64,000 bases of DNA, taken from the NCBI GenBank assembly GCA_964016885.1, contig OZ024741.1, forward strand, positions 148,490,001-148,554,000. Direction: 5' to 3'. The translations under genes and the position numbers were made by a program. Positions 43,181-57,664 of the stretch are shown piece by piece. Positions within the stretch are counted from its first letter, which is position 1. Each line of letters begins with the position of its first letter. The notes beneath the pieces were generated by a model. It was not told the DNA's origin, ran no database searches, and was given only the letters and a program-made list of their open reading frames with translations. Source of the DNA: Eledone cirrhosa. Its lineage: Eukaryota.

Positions 43181-44357
43181 CACACACACACACACATATA
43201 TATATATGGGAAATGATTAAAAAAAAAAGGAGTTTGAAAAGCGACCCTGGTATATATATATAAAGAATCTTTATAATATGTACAAAAATTTATGTTTAGC
43301 AAAGCCTACTTTCTCCGTATTAGATTATCAAAAAGACCGCCAATTGACTTAACTAGAACGTAAACAAATCTACTCCAAAATCATGTTATCCACGAACTCA
43401 AATCACAATCCTACTCACCATACACATACGAGACAAATTCAAAAACGTCGTTTAAAGCCATCCACGAACCCTCCGAGTAAAGCAACAACCAACCTGCACC
43501 AGCTCTTGGTATAGGAGCGACTGACATCATCAGGCTGCAGCTGTTGTATTACGTACTCTTTCTATTGCTCATATTATTACTGAGATTACTATCTGTTGCT
43601 ATTCTGATTATCGCCTGCGATTCTGAAAAATAACGTAATCCACTTATTGCTCCGTCACACCGATGTATATGTAGCGAAATCTGTTCACACCTTGACCCCT
43701 GGGTGACATTTAACGGTCATTTTCTGGGTTATCTCTTTTCGGGCGTAATCAAGTCTGAGAGTGGACGACCAAGGGACAGAGGAAACGACAGATTTAAATA
43801 GTCTGTCAAGCGGCAATCAGCTCTAAGCAGTTCTTGATAGAGTAAACATGTAGACTATTGCTTTCTACAGACCCTTTTGGGGTCTTACAGAGTCTTACTC
43901 TTTCACTTTCACTCAATCTCTATCTCTTGGTGTTCTCTCTTAACCAAGCCAGTGAAGTTCATGAAATTTTTTTGGTAAATACAATTTAATTCTACTGTTA
44001 CAACAAACAAATAACGTATATAATTCTTGTCTATTTTTCGTATAGCTTCGGCGTGAGCTATTTTCAATAAATTAATAATATAGCGGTTTGGTGTCATCGT
44101 GGTTCATTTATATATATATTCCTTTTCTGCCTGATCAAGGAACTATCATATCATCATCATCTTATTGAACACTGACTTACCTGCACACATGCAACCTCTG
44201 GTTACACTGTATCACACAACAGTGACCTCACGATACAGCAAGCTACAAGTGAGCACACACGCAACAAACGAATCAACACCACAACACAATCAACTCACCA
44301 CCTCGACCATACAAATAATCGCTATATATGTATGTGTGCATGTTTGTATGTGTGTGC

Positions 44358-44437
<80 letters not shown>

Positions 44438-44809
44438 TGGGGAGGTGCTGTGTCTTTTTATGCCTCGTAATAAATAGAAATCGATAAAATAAAATACCAT
44501 ATTGAAATTTCTACTGGGATGTGGACATGAGGGACTAAACTTTCCAGATTGAAATAAATAAATGCGTATGTATATGTGCGTGCGTATATACATATATATG
44601 AGTATGTGTGTGTGCGTATGTGTGTACATACATGGTGACGTTTGTAAATGTGGATAAATTCGTAGTATACTGTGGGGAAAAAAGGAAGCTGATGTTTCGG
44701 GTCTGACCTTTTCTCTGATATATTTACCGACAGAGACCGCTACCAGTTTCTTCGGACATTTATTTTTCATTTCTTTTTGTTTGTGCTTGGATTTTGTATA
44801 TATATATAT

Positions 44810-46395
44810 TCTGGGGAGGAGGGATTACTCAAGGTGTTTTACAGACCTCTCTCATTCAGACAGACACCGTCACCAGGAAGTGGAGGCACTGGATAACACT
44901 AGTTTTCCCTCCTCTACCTTTTAGTGGTGCACTCTCATTTAGAGAAATGTAGGATGATGTGGTGATTTCGAAACTTCCGTCTTAGAATTATTGCAGAATG
45001 GGTCGCAGGTGGCGGTAGTGACACGGCCACCAATATGATGGTTAGCTGTGATATAAGCGGGCAGCTGCCGGACGAATAAGCAGCTCTGGACCAACAACGG
45101 TAAACTACTTGGGGAGTTGGAGCAATGGGTGACAACTGTAGCTCCAAAGAAAACTCTCACAACCCAGCGATGTAGCAATGACGAGGCGGGTAAAGGCTGC
45201 CTCTAAAAAAGGCTTTGTACCGATTGGTCACTGGCGTGAATGAGATCACCAAAACTGCAATATGGTGAGCGGTACGAAAAAGAACCATACCGCATGGTCC
45301 TTCGCGCGTGTTAACAAGGGACGCGTCCAGGCCTTAAGTAAAGGGGCCTGTTCGAAAAATATATTACAGTCTCCCTTTCATGCCACAAATACTGGCGATG
45401 GGCCTGCGATCTGTCCTGGGAGGCGTGGGATGGATGCACAAAGATTGCGTATCCCGAGACACCAAAGAGGGTTTGGGAGGGAGCAAACCTTGACAATTGG
45501 AACCTGGAACGTCACAACCATTACAAGTAGGGAGCAGAACTAGTGGAGGAAGCTAGCTGTTACCGGCTAGATATAGTCGGGGTCTCCTCAACAAAGTTCC
45601 GTGGCTCTGATACTGTAGATTTGGACGGAGAATGGAAACTCCGCTATTCAGGTGTGACGCCAGAAATGACTGAACAGGCGGGAGTGGGGATACTCACAAG
45701 CTACCGGCCGTCAGAATATGTTATGGACTGGATACCGTTAGAAGGGAGGAAGCTTAGGCTGAAAGATAGGTCTCTGAAGGTGGTGCAAGTTTATACACCA
45801 AACAAGGCGTCCGAATACAGTTCCTTCCTTGATGAGGTCACTGCAGCGTTAGATGTAGTTAAGACTGAGCCATATATCCTGATGGGAGACTTCAATGTAC
45901 ATGTTGACACTGACCACCTGGCATCGAAAGGAGTGATTGGTAGAAACGGCGACCCCGATCTAAATACGAATGGCGAGGCCTTATTGACGACCCCGACCTA
46001 AATACGAATGGTGAGGCCTTATTAGACTTCTATTCTAGCAATGAACTCTCTATTATGAAGAACATTTTCTTCCAGCACAGAGACTTCCATAAATATACAT
46101 GGTATAAGGGGAATCAGGAACAGATCAATAATTGATTTTGTTATTGTCTCTAATTTCTTCGGTTCTGTGCTGGATGTCCATGTTAAGAGAGGGGCTGAGC
46201 TGTCAACTGACCACCATCTAGTTATCTGCAACTTGAGACTACCTAAAGCCAAAGAAGCCCACAAAACTGGCAGGTCCAGTGTGACCTACAGGATAAAGTG
46301 TGAAGCGTTGGTGGATAAGGAAGTCAGGTGTATATAGATACTATTGCATCCAAATTCAGAGAACTCCCTGAGAAAACTGAGGACGTTGACTCAGG
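44810..46395 (+). mobile_element. 5' portion of an RTE-like LINE (UTR + AP endonuclease pseudogene)
   Basis: IGTWNV, LDIVGVS, AGVGIL, VQVYTP, MGDFNVHV, SIIDFVI, STDHHLV; stop at 45541; 38-bp tandem duplication near 45951-46026. Confidence 0.85.
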
Positions 46396-46399
46396 GTGG

Positions 46400-46640
46400 A
46401 GATTGTTCAGCGCAGCTCAAATACCAGTCACTTTCCGACAGGTTTGCGGTTGTACCCTTGGCAGTAGAGACCTCTGGTGTCCACGGCCCTAGGGCTACCT
46501 CCCTACTCACCATCATAGGCGCTGAGCTGGCCAGCCGCAGGTGTGAGCCTCGCGAGTTGGAGTGGCTTTTCCAGCGCGGCTCCCCCTTGCCGTCCTCCGG
46601 GGAAATGTCTTCTCTATTCTGTCCGCCGGAGCTGTGGGGA
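46400..46640 (+). pseudogene. CRE-like retrotransposon C-terminal fragment
   Basis: KYQSLSDRFAVVPLAVETSGVHGP...IGAELA..RELEWLFQR. Confidence 0.75.
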
Positions 46641-47945
46641 GACAAGCCGATTATATTACGAATTCTGTTGAATAGTCTTAAATACTTCAATACATACAGA
46701 GATCAATTATAACTACTACTACAACTTGAGATAGAAATAAGTCCTTATTTTTATTTTTTACGAAATTAAACATTATATATAGGAAGTGAGAGGGGAGGAG
46801 AGAGGCATGGAAAACGGTGAGGTAGATAGATAGATAAATGGAATATGTGTTTAAATGAGGCATGGTTAACCTTTTCGAGCAGTGGGCCGCATTAGAAATG
46901 GCTCATCATAAGGCAGGTCACACTAATAAAACAATTAAGATCATTTTTCGTTAGGCGTGCCATTCAGAAAGCCAAACGGGCTGGGCAACAGTTTGCTCAA
47001 GACTGATTTAATATATTTAAGCGTTGAGTGAATGAACACTCAGTACTGGTGGGTATGTAGAAATATATTTTCTAATAAGAAAAGTGACTGCGACTTCGAA
47101 GTTTCAGCCTGATCACTTATACATAGAGATATATAGAGATAGATAATCAGTGAGACAAACAGCAGATAATCCATAAGGGAAGAAAACTAATACATTCACA
47201 CATGCTTGATCACACATTCATTGCCAATCTAATGTGTATTTGAGAGAAAGAAAGTAAAAAATGTTAATCTGTCTCTGTTATTTGACCCTGTTTTCAATAG
47301 GCAATGACCCTGTCAGTCGGCCTCACAGCAGGTCAGTGGCTCTGAGACTGAAGTAAAATATTTAGTTGTACGACAAGGTCAGACGAAGTCTGTTCATGTT
47401 GCTATCACGGTGCCGGGGAAGGAAAGTCTATCATTTATTTCACCGTATTTAAATAGCAACCGTGAATGATAATTTTCAGATATTCTTTTACTAGTTTCAG
47501 TCGCGTAGCTGTAACCATGCTGGGACACCACATTGAATGACTTTTAATTGATCATATCGACCGTACTACTTATTTTATCGATCTCTATTTGTTACAAGTC
47601 GGGTGGGCAGATAGACTGGAACGTGAACATAGACACCGACACCCACGACTACACATACATATATATGAAGTAAAGTTAATTGTTTCTACTTTTGGCACAA
47701 GGCCATCAATTACCCAGTGCATTACTGGTACTTTATTTTATCGATGAAGTAAAGTTAATGGAAGACGATGATGAACACGACAAACACAATAATTTGGGTT
47801 AGATATATAACTTTACTTCACTTCAGCAAAAAGAAAAAAGAATACGATGACTTCGAATCATAAAAATATAAAGTTTCACGGTAACACTCACAAATGAAGA
47901 ATAGTGTTCGAAAAATCGTCCGTGTTTTGCTGGAGAATCATTATT

Positions 47946-48130
47946 TTGGCAGTATCGGTAGAGGGTCGGACGCCATTCTTTGCAGCAAAGAGTTACGTCC
48001 CTTTATGGTCTGAGTTCAAATCCCGCCGAGGTTAACTTTGCCTTTCATCCTTACGGGGTCGATAAAATAAAGCATCAGTAATACACTGGGATAATTGCTG
48101 GCCTTGTGCCAAATGTAGAAACTATTATTT
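47946..48130 (+). mobile_element. SINE family 2
   Basis: Full head-core-tail; first of a tandem pair. Confidence 0.87.
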
Positions 48131-48132
48131 AA

Positions 48133-48315
48133 GTGAATTCGCAGTATCGGTAGAGCGTCGGACATGCTTTCCAGCATAGTTACGTCCTTTTACGATCTGA
48201 GTTCAAATCCCGCCGAGGTTAACTTTGCCTTTCATCTTTATGGGGTCGATAAAATAAAGTCCCAGTAATGTACTAGGATAATTGCTGGCCTTGTGCCAAA
48301 AGTAGAAACAATTAT
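48133..48315 (+). mobile_element. SINE family 2
   Basis: Second of the tandem pair. Confidence 0.87.
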
Positions 48316-49592
48316 TTAATATGCTATGCTCAATTAGAAAGTGACAAGTTGTAGTCAGTCAGTATTAATAGCATAGTGTGTTGTCTATATGAAGAAGCAA
48401 ATGATTCTCTGTCTGTGGTTGAAGTGCTGACTGAAGAATTGCTGTCTGGCCCTTGTCGAGAGGACCTGAGTTTTTCTTTTGCTGAATGCTATATCTCGCT
48501 ACTTGCTTGGGCAGGTCGAAGTGATGTTTCTCTCCCGAGGAACAGAATCGAATGACCCAAAGAAAAACTTATCTCACCTCACCTCAAACTGACCAGCCTC
48601 TTCAGACTACTGACGCCAACCAAGATAAAGAGAAATAGGAGCTAGGTGTCATCCGGGAGTCAATATATACGAAGAGATTTCACTACACAGTGGTGTAGTG
48701 CTGCGAGAACGGCATTGCCTTATTTTTGAGGTAAGGAAAACTGTATTCCTTTATCAATTCAAATAAATCCAAATCTTAATTTGTCTAATCTAACGATATT
48801 TCCCCTCACATAAAGAAATATATGAAAGATTTATTAACTGTTTCAATTCTTTTTGCATCAGCTGAACTGCTAGAGAATAAACTCAACAGCATTGTGATTT
48901 GGAAGCAGTACTTGAAAGATATTTTTATAAAGCTCAAATGATAATAGCTGTTCCCTTCTATTTCTTACAAGCCAGCACCCACTCCCCTTATTTTGATGTT
49001 AGTACTCTCAGTTGCCAAATACCTTAAATCTAGTATGAAAAAAAAAAAAAAAAGAAAAAGAAAGAAAAATAAAACAGATCAAATCTTATATTAGTTTTGC
49101 TATTTTATAAGTTCATACGGTAATTCATTCTGATTCGTTGGTATAATATATATAAATTCAAAATAGGGTGCGCACAGGACAAAGACAATGGGGAAAAACA
49201 CGGAAAGACAACAGTGGTATTTCAGTCAGCCTCTGGAAATCGCGACGGTTTTGGTGCATCAAGGTCGATAACGGTCATTCCAGTGAACATTGGGATACAG
49301 CAAAACACACACACACATTATTTTTTATCATTTATTTTGTTTTGACCTGTTTAGCTTGATTTGGTTTTCGGCTTGGGTGGTTAATGCTTTCTTGACCACC
49401 TTTTCAGTTTTCTATGGCTTCTTAACACATTGTTTAGCTCTGGTTTTTAACTATTGAGCACTTTGCCAGTATCATTTCTGATTTTTGCGTTTCGCTTCGC
49501 TTTTCCTGCCCACCGAAAATGCGGTTCTCGCTGAATCTTTATTTTTATTTATTTATTTATATATATATATGTATATATATATGTATGTATGT

Positions 49593-50050
49593 AAGGGCAA
49601 AGGAGCTCTTAAGAGTCAATGGCCATCCAAAATCACTGGGAGAGATGACCCCTTAGCCTTTGTCAAGGCAGAATTCTAGGAGAAGGAAGGAAAACTGATA
49701 TAACACCTGCAACCCTGATGGTATCCAATGATGTTGACTTGTTCTTCTTTTTGGTAAATATCATCTTGGTTACGAGAGTGGGACTGGTTTTGTGCAGTGC
49801 CTTTGCTCACTATAAAAGCTTCACAGCACAGGCATTGCTTTATATCTGGAGATCTCTCTGCACTTGTCATCACATGGTACCAAGGGCCCAGCACTATGTG
49901 TCAGTAATTGTCACAAGTGTAGTGTTTGTACCAGAGTTTTCAAGTCGCTGGCTGGACTAAAAAGTCACACTCGTTCAGTGCATCGGTAGGAGTTCTCCTA
50001 CATGGATATAAAGTAGTGGCCGTACTCAAAAACGAGTTGGCAGCCACCAT
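49593..50050 (+). mobile_element. Non-autonomous bipartite RTE derivative, copy 2 (5'-truncated)
   Basis: Colinear with copy 1 from aagggcaaaggagctc to gcagccaccat. Confidence 0.88.
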
Positions 50051-50082
50051 GCATGCATGTATGTATGTATGTATGTATTATT

Positions 50083-50675
50083 GTCAGGTCACCAGTTGGT
50101 GCTACTGGTAACATGTATCCCAGTAAACCTGTCTCATGGTCGGGTCGTTGGCAACTCAGGTTTTCTTGGTGAGGAGGGTGATTTTGGACATCCTGCAGGA
50201 CTAAAAACAAAACCTGTCAAAGGGCAAAGGACCTCTTAAGAGTCAATGGCTATCCAAAATCACCGGGCGAGATGATCCCTTAGCCTTTGTCAAGGCAGAA
50301 TTCTAGGAGAAGGAAAACTCTGATATAACACCTGCAACCCTGATGGTATCCAATGATGTTGACTTGTTCTTGTTTTTGGTAAATATCATCTTGGTTAAGA
50401 GAGTGGGACTGGCTTTGTGCAGTGCCTTTGCTCACTATAAAAGCTTCACAGCACAGGCATTGCTTTATATCTGGAGATCTCTCTGCACTTGTCGTCACAT
50501 GGTACCATGGGCACAGCACTATGTGTCAATAATTGTCACAAGTGTAGTGTTTGAACCAGAGTTTTCAAGTCGCTGGCTGGACTAAAAAGTCACACTCGTT
50601 CAGCGCATCGGTAGGGGTTCTCCTACATGGATATAAAGTAGTGGCCATACTCGAAAACAAGTTGGCAGCCACCAT
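50083..50675 (+). mobile_element. Non-autonomous bipartite RTE derivative, copy 3 (full length, small 5' internal deletion)
   Basis: Starts gtcaggtcacc just after the (TATG)n tail of copy 2. Confidence 0.88.
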
Positions 50676-50963
50676 ATATGTATGTATATATATATGTATG
50701 TATGTATATATGTATGTATGTATATGTGTATGTATATGTATATATATGTATGTATATATGTGTGTATGTATGTATATGTATATGTACGTGTGTATATATA
50801 TATATATGTATGTACATATATATATATGTATATATATATATGTATGTATATGTATGTATATATATATATATGTATGTATATATGTGTATATATATATGTA
50901 TGTATATATATATATATGTATGTATGTATATATATATATATATATGTATGTATATATGTATGT

Positions 50964-50999
<36 letters not shown>

Positions 51000-51130
51000 G
51001 TGTATGTATATGTGTATGTATGTATGTATATATATGTATGTATGTATATATATATATGTATGTATATATATATATGTATGTGTATATATGTATGTATATA
51101 TGTATGTATATACATGTATATATATGTATG

Positions 51131-51162
<32 letters not shown>

Positions 51163-51361
51163 TGTATATACATATATATGTATGTATATATGTATATATG
51201 TATATATGTATGTATGTGTGTATGAATGTATATGCATGTATATATGTATGTATGTATGTATGTGTATATATGTATGTATGTATGTGTATATATGTATGTA
51301 TATATGTATGTATGTATATATATATATGTATGTGTGTGGATATATGTATATATATATGTAT
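50676..51361. repeat. Compound (TATG)n/(TA)n microsatellite
   Basis: ~690 bp almost entirely A/T/G simple repeat. Confidence 0.97.
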
Positions 51362-51698
51362 GGAGGCACATGGCTTAGTGGTTAGAGCATTGGCCTTGCA
51401 ATCGAAAGGTTGTGAGTTCAATTCGCAGACCGGGTGATGTGTTGTTTCCTTGAGTAAGACACTTTATTTCACATTGCTCCAGTTTACACAGCTGTAGAAA
51501 TGAGATGATAGGGACTGGGGTCCATATCATTCCACTGCAAAGTGGTCGTGTAGGTGCCACGGCAAAAAAGCATCCAGCACTCACTGTAAATGAGGTTGGT
51601 GTTAGGAAGGGCATCCAGCTGTAGAAATCAAGCCAAAATCAGTTCCCGTCCCACCCTTGCAAGCAGGGAAAAAGCGGACGTAAAATGAAATGATGATG
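51362..51698 (+). mobile_element. tRNA-derived SINE family 1, full length
   Basis: A box tggcttagtgg, B box gagttcaattc, RTE-derived tail. Confidence 0.9.
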
Positions 51699-51848
51699 TA
51701 TATGTATGTATGTATATATATATATATATGTATGTGTATGTATGTATATGTATATGTATGTATGTGTATGTATGTATATATGTATGTATGTATATATATA
51801 TGTATGTATATATATATATGTATGTATATATATATATATATATATATG

Positions 51849-52252
51849 GGGAGAGATGACCCCTTAGCCTTTGTCAAGGCAGAATTCTAGAAGGAAAACT
51901 GATATAACACCTGCAACACTGATGGTGTCCAATGATGTTGACTTGTTCTACTTTTTGGTAAATATCATCTTGGTTAAGAGAGTGGGACTGGCTTTGTGCA
52001 GTGCCTTTGCTCACTATAAAAGCTTCACGGCTCAGGCATTGCTTTATATCTGGAGATCTCTCTGCACTTGTCGTCACATGGTACCATGTGCCCAGCACTA
52101 TGTGTCAATAATTGTCACAAGTGTAGTGTTTGTACCAGAGTTTTCAAGTCGCTGGCTGGACTAAAAAGTCACTCGTTCAGCGCATCGATAGGGGTTCTCC
52201 TACATGGATATAAAGTAGTGGCTGTACTCGAAAACGAGTTGGCAGCCACCAT
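51849..52252 (+). mobile_element. Non-autonomous bipartite RTE derivative, copy 4 (5'-truncated)
   Basis: Colinear with the other copies; (ATGT)n tail. Confidence 0.88.
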
Positions 52253-52480
52253 GTATGTATGTATGTATGTTCCTCTGGTTTTATAATTTCACAAAGTTTT
52301 ACCAATAGAGAAAGAGTCGTTTTCTAACATAGACACAAGACTCTCTCATTGGAATTTACACATCAACTAGGTAGATATGTATGTATGCATGCATGTGTAG
52401 ATATGGATGTTATTGTATGTGTGGATGTGTATGTGTGCATGTGTATATGCTTTGTATCTGTACATGTGTAGATGCAGTTA

Positions 52481-55400
52481 TTAGATGCAACATTTTTGGA
52501 ATGTTTTACATATTTTTACTCTTCCATTAATGGATTGTACTTGTAGTTTCCTAACTAGTTGTGTTCTTTCTGTTCCTATGAAGCCTATCTTCTCAAGATT
52601 TGTATTGAGGCAGTTACTAACATATCCCAGTGCCCCAATAATCACAGGCATAAATCTGAAGGTGTAATCAGGGTGGAGTATCTGCAGATTTCTCATCAGT
52701 TCTGCATAAATATTCTCCCTTTCACTAATCTTTGATATTATATTGGCATCTGCTGGGCAGCTAATTTCCACTACTGTGCATGTTTTCTTCTCCCTGTCCC
52801 ATATCATAATATCTGGTCTGTTATCCCTGCATTTTATTGGGGTCTTTACTGGAACATTCCACCAGTACTCTTTCATATTATGTACATGGATGTCTTCCAC
52901 ATTGTTGTAGCTTTTAATGTGTTTATTATCGGGGCTATCTTTTTTACAAACGGCATTGTACAGTGTTTTGGCCACTACATCATGCCTCATAGATAGATAG
53001 TACCGCGATGACATCTTTGGACAGCTGCTGATGACATGGGTGATATCCTCGATGTTAGTTCTGCAGAGTCTGCACTTGTTATCACATCTAGGTGTTTTGC
53101 CTGCATCCCTATCTCTTTTGTGAATCAGGTATTTCGTGCTAATCTCCTGTTCTTGGATTGCAAAAGTGTATCCTTCAAAGTGGGAGCCAATATAGCAGTT
53201 GTTGGTCCAAGATAGACTACTTTCCTTATCTATATTACTCTCACTCTGGAGCTTCCTGGCAACATATCCATGCATGATTTTTTTGCTGATAGGCATGCAG
53301 TTTTTCATCCATGGATTCACTGCGATACTGCTGAGCGACATCCCTGGGTGTGAGTTTTTGATTATCACACAGGGAATATCTCTCAAGGAGTTCCTTCCCA
53401 ACTCTCATGATCTTATCTGTTTCATGCAGATAGACTTGCTCGAGAAGCGGGCTCTTACGCTTCGAGGTTCGTAGATGTTGTCAAAGAGATATGATGCGAC
53501 ATTCAAATGTTGTCTGGACTGATGTTAGGCCTCTGCCTCCCTGCTGACATTTCAAGTAAAGGCGGTCTATGTCACTGTTGATGTGGAAGTTTCCGGTGTT
53601 GTTCAGTATTTTTCGAGTTCCAACATCAACTGCTCGGATTTCGTCTATCGTCCAATTGAGTATTCCAAACGTTGGTGTTAGGACAGGCACAGCAAACACA
53701 TTGTGAGCCACTGTTTTGTTTTACGCAGAGAGTTCCGATGACCAGATCTTTCTTAATCGGGTGTAGTATTCCCTGGTTACGCGTTCTTTATTACAGATAC
53801 CATTATAGGATATGTTCTCATCTATCCCCAGTTATCTGTAGCAGTCCTCATCAGATATCCGTGAAACAGTTAGACGATTGATGACAATGTTGCTAGATTG
53901 GGTTGTTGTTTTTCCCCGCTTTACAGTCATGTATGAGCATTTATCTTGGCCAAACTCCATTCCTATATCCTTTGAGAACGTTGTAACCAGGTCAAGATTT
54001 TTCTTCATTCCATCCATGTTCTTGGCATAGAGTTTCAGATCGTCCACAAAGAAGTTATGGGTTAGGTTCGTATTTCTGTTCTCCTGTGAGCCAATGATGT
54101 ATCCCTCACATTTCTTGAGCAGAAAGGACAAGGAGTTTAATGACAAGATGAACAATATCACAGAGAGACTGTCCCCCTGAAATATACCCCTGCAATATTT
54201 TATTTTATCAGTGAAAATAGAGTCCTCCCTCTGTCTTTAACCTTAGGATAGTAGCCCAAGAAGAAGACAGCGTCTCTATGGCTCTGACAATAATGTCTGG
54301 GACTTTAGCAAGTTGGAGGGCCTCTATCATCCAAGAGTGGGGAACAAAATAGAAAGCTTTCTTGTAGTCCAGCCAGACTGTAGTCATATTCCTCCTAAGT
54401 TGTCGCACCTCCGACATCGCAGTTTTGTTGATTAGGAGTTGTTCAGCACATCCCCAAACCCTTTTCTTTCCAGCTGCTTGTTCATCTGTGATGATGTTAT
54501 TATTTTCACAGTGATCTTAGAGGAATAGGTTGAGGCAGGCTGTATACATCTTATACATCAGGTTCTGGCATGCAATGGGTCGGTAGTTTTTTGCCAAGTG
54601 GGTGTCTTTGTTCTTGGGGACCAGTAACGTTTGTGCTAATGTCAACCATTCTGGTATAAGTGTATCTCCCTTAAGAACTTGTTGGTAGATATCAGTAAGA
54701 TACCTCCGATAGAATATTATTTTTTTGTACCAGTAGCCGACAATCATGTCTCTTCCTGGTGCTTTCTCATCTTGGAGTTTTCCTATCACAGTCTCAAGGG
54801 TACCCTCACTTATTTTGTATGTTTTTGTTGTAGTGTAGGAGCAATAGTTCTTTCGGATTTCTCTTAGCCATACTGCATCTTGGTTGAAATTCTTCTTTTC
54901 ACCCCATATTTTTCTCCAAAAGGAATCTATGTCTTTCTGGGATGGGGCCTCAGTGACACTTATTATTTGGCCCTTCACATCTCTATAGACTGATGTTTGG
55001 TTTCGTCTGAATCTTTTATTAAGCATTTTTCTCTCATCTACCTTCTTCAGGTATCGGCGTTTTTCGCTAACAGCTCTCAATTCTTGTTTGAGGGTGATCA
55101 GCTTATATTGAAGAGTTCTGGTTCTACTGTTACCAAACATCGTCTCTATTTTATTTTTCACTCTTTGTTGGTGAGGAGTGAGGTTTTTTTGTGTTTGTTT
55201 GCATGTAAGGAGCATTGTCTCATGTCCTATGTTTTTTCGTAGGTCAGCACTCTTTTTTTCTATTTTAGTTATATATGATGGTATTTTTGGTGGTGTTTTG
55301 TTCTTGTTAATATCTCTGCTATCACCAAGATAATGCTTCACTGTCATTGCTAAGGCATATAAACAGGCGTTGATTTGCCAAAATGTTGGGGTTTTTATCC

Positions 55401-56380
55401 GTCGTAAATATTCATCCCCTATTTCGTCAATAACACGTAGTATTTCATTATTTGGTTTTTTATTCACCATTGTCATTTTAACACGTTCAGCCAGAGAGAT
55501 ATTTATATATGAGTTAATTTCTCTCTGGAAGATTTCGTTGAGGGAAATTTTCAATTGTTTATACTTTTGATTATAATTATCGATAGTATTTTCCACAACA
55601 GTCGAGGTAGACTCGGATGGTATACGTGGTGTCACATTTCTTCGATTATTATTATTATTATTTCTTCGATTATTATTATTATCGATAGTGTTTTCCCCAG
55701 CATTCGAAGTAGACTTAGATGGTACAGGTGGTGTCAAGTTTCTTACAGGCATAGTTGTTTCAAGGCGCTGTTCGACCTGGCTGCTAGGAAGTCTAGTAGC
55801 ATGGCGATCTGTAGCACGTGTTGTTGATTCCATGTTTGTTGTGGGGGACTTACAATTAATAATATTTATCTTATTTTTACGTTCAACAAACGTCGCTTGT
55901 TGGCGTAATTGTTTCGCTGTGAAATAATTTAGCTCTGGGTGCATTTCGTCCCAGTGTAGGTTCATTCTATTCACATAGCCAATGGAGGGTTTGTTTTTGC
56001 CATTTTATAACAATTAAATAAATCATTATTAAGTTCGCAACTCCAAGAGAAATGCGATTTATAATTTCGGTTTCTTCTGTAGCTACAACTGAATAAAGTT
56101 TGATTACCTTCTTTGTTATTTGTCTTCGATACTTCCTTAATTTTTTTGTTGATGTTGTGTTCAGCCATGCTGTTTGTAGCAAATCCTTGTAAAATGAATT
56201 ATGTATTTAGTCGGATATCTCTACGAATTCGAATAAAAGGTGTCTTCAGAAGGGATAGTTAGAAGAATAACCAGTTATTCAACCTGGCTGTAGTTCTGGC
56301 TGGCATTACTGTCGGAGATAGTATTCATCTTAAATTTAATAAATAGTCTCCCACGCCAAAATATGCGACTGATCGCGTTG
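52481..56380 (-). mobile_element. Near full-length restriction-like-endonuclease non-LTR retrotransposon (R4/Dong-like), pseudogenised
   Basis: KAPGRD, NYRPIAC, WLDYKKAF, FQGDSLS, FVDDLKL, GGRGL, CRLC..EDITHVISSC, RHD, NRPDI..VEISCP; several stops and frameshifts. Confidence 0.9.
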
Positions 56381-57179
56381 TATGTATGTATGTATGTGTA
56401 GACGTTATTGTGGTGGTGGGGGACAGTGAGATGTATCTAGTTCATTTGACCGTTTTCTTCTCTTTGCAAAATTTGAATTTTAGCCATGTTATATTGAGAT
56501 GTAAGTAAATGTAAAATATAAATAAGGATTGCTCTGCTAAAATATACTAAAATATTTGTGTAACTTCCACAAACTTCTGTCGTGACATTCCCGAGTCCAG
56601 TGACCAACAAATTGTTGTATTTTGATGTTTCAGAATACAAAAATTAATTAAAAACTTACCCCACGAAAAGACAGCGTGTGTTGTCCTATCTATAAGCTCC
56701 CTCATACATCACATGTCATTACCCTATCTAGACTAAAGTCATCGACCTGTTGTCAAACTCTCTACTCTCTGTTGAATGTGTATATATATATATATATGTA
56801 TAAATGAAAGGTATAGAAATTGTTTTAGCGAGAAGCTAACAGTATTCCATAACATATATATATGTTATGTGTGTATATACATCACCCAGTCAAACGACCA
56901 GATTTCAACCCCAACATCTACAACAACAACACCGGCATTAATGTTTACAGCAACAACAGCTTCAGAATGAACTGAAATGAACATTTACAACAACAACAAC
57001 AGCGGCATCAAAAGATTAAAAAAAAACAAGGAAAAAAAAAAATCTCAAAATAACAAAACACACACACACACACACGCACACAACACAACAACAACATCAA
57101 CCACCACCACCACCACCGCCACCACCGCCGCCATCACCATCACCAGCGACCGGGCCTTAAGAAAACAACTTTAATAATA

Positions 57180-57330
57180 ATTTTTCTGCTTTTGGCACGG
57201 ATCCAGCGACTGGTCCAGCGCATCACTGGTACTCTCTTTTCTTGACTCCGTGGGGATGAAAGGCAAGGTTGACCTCGGCGGGATTTAAGCTCAGAGCGTG
57301 GAGAGCCATAACTCTATGCTGTAAAGCAAT
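57180..57330 (-). mobile_element. SINE family 2-related, diverged
   Basis: ggatgaaaggcaaggttgacctcggcgggattt is the reverse complement of the core. Confidence 0.7.
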
Positions 57331-57431
57331 TATAATAATACTGGTCTGTAATACGATCGGCTTCAACTATACAAACTCTTGAAAGTCAACAGTTGACATA
57401 ATCTTGTAATCTTGTATCAGTAATGACGGTA

Positions 57432-57479
<48 letters not shown>

Positions 57480-57664
57480 AAGTGAGTAGCGTGTGTGTTT
57501 GTTTGTATGTATGAGTGTTGCTGTGTGCGCGCGTATGTATGCGTGTGTGTGCGCGCATATGTATGCGCGTGTGTGTATGTCGTACGTATAAGTGTCAATA
57601 AGTGAGTTTTATTTGCGCGCGCGCGGGGACATAGAAATAATCGGGCTGGATGCCCGATCGCGCA

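Noticed and set aside
48390-48736. Possible host exon ending gag|gtaagg in unique sequence
   Set aside because: No supporting ORF; cannot be distinguished from chance without transcript data.
50551-51437. Long YI/YM/HT-repeat ORFs here and across the window
   Set aside because: Translations of (TA)n, (TATG)n and (CA)n microsatellites.
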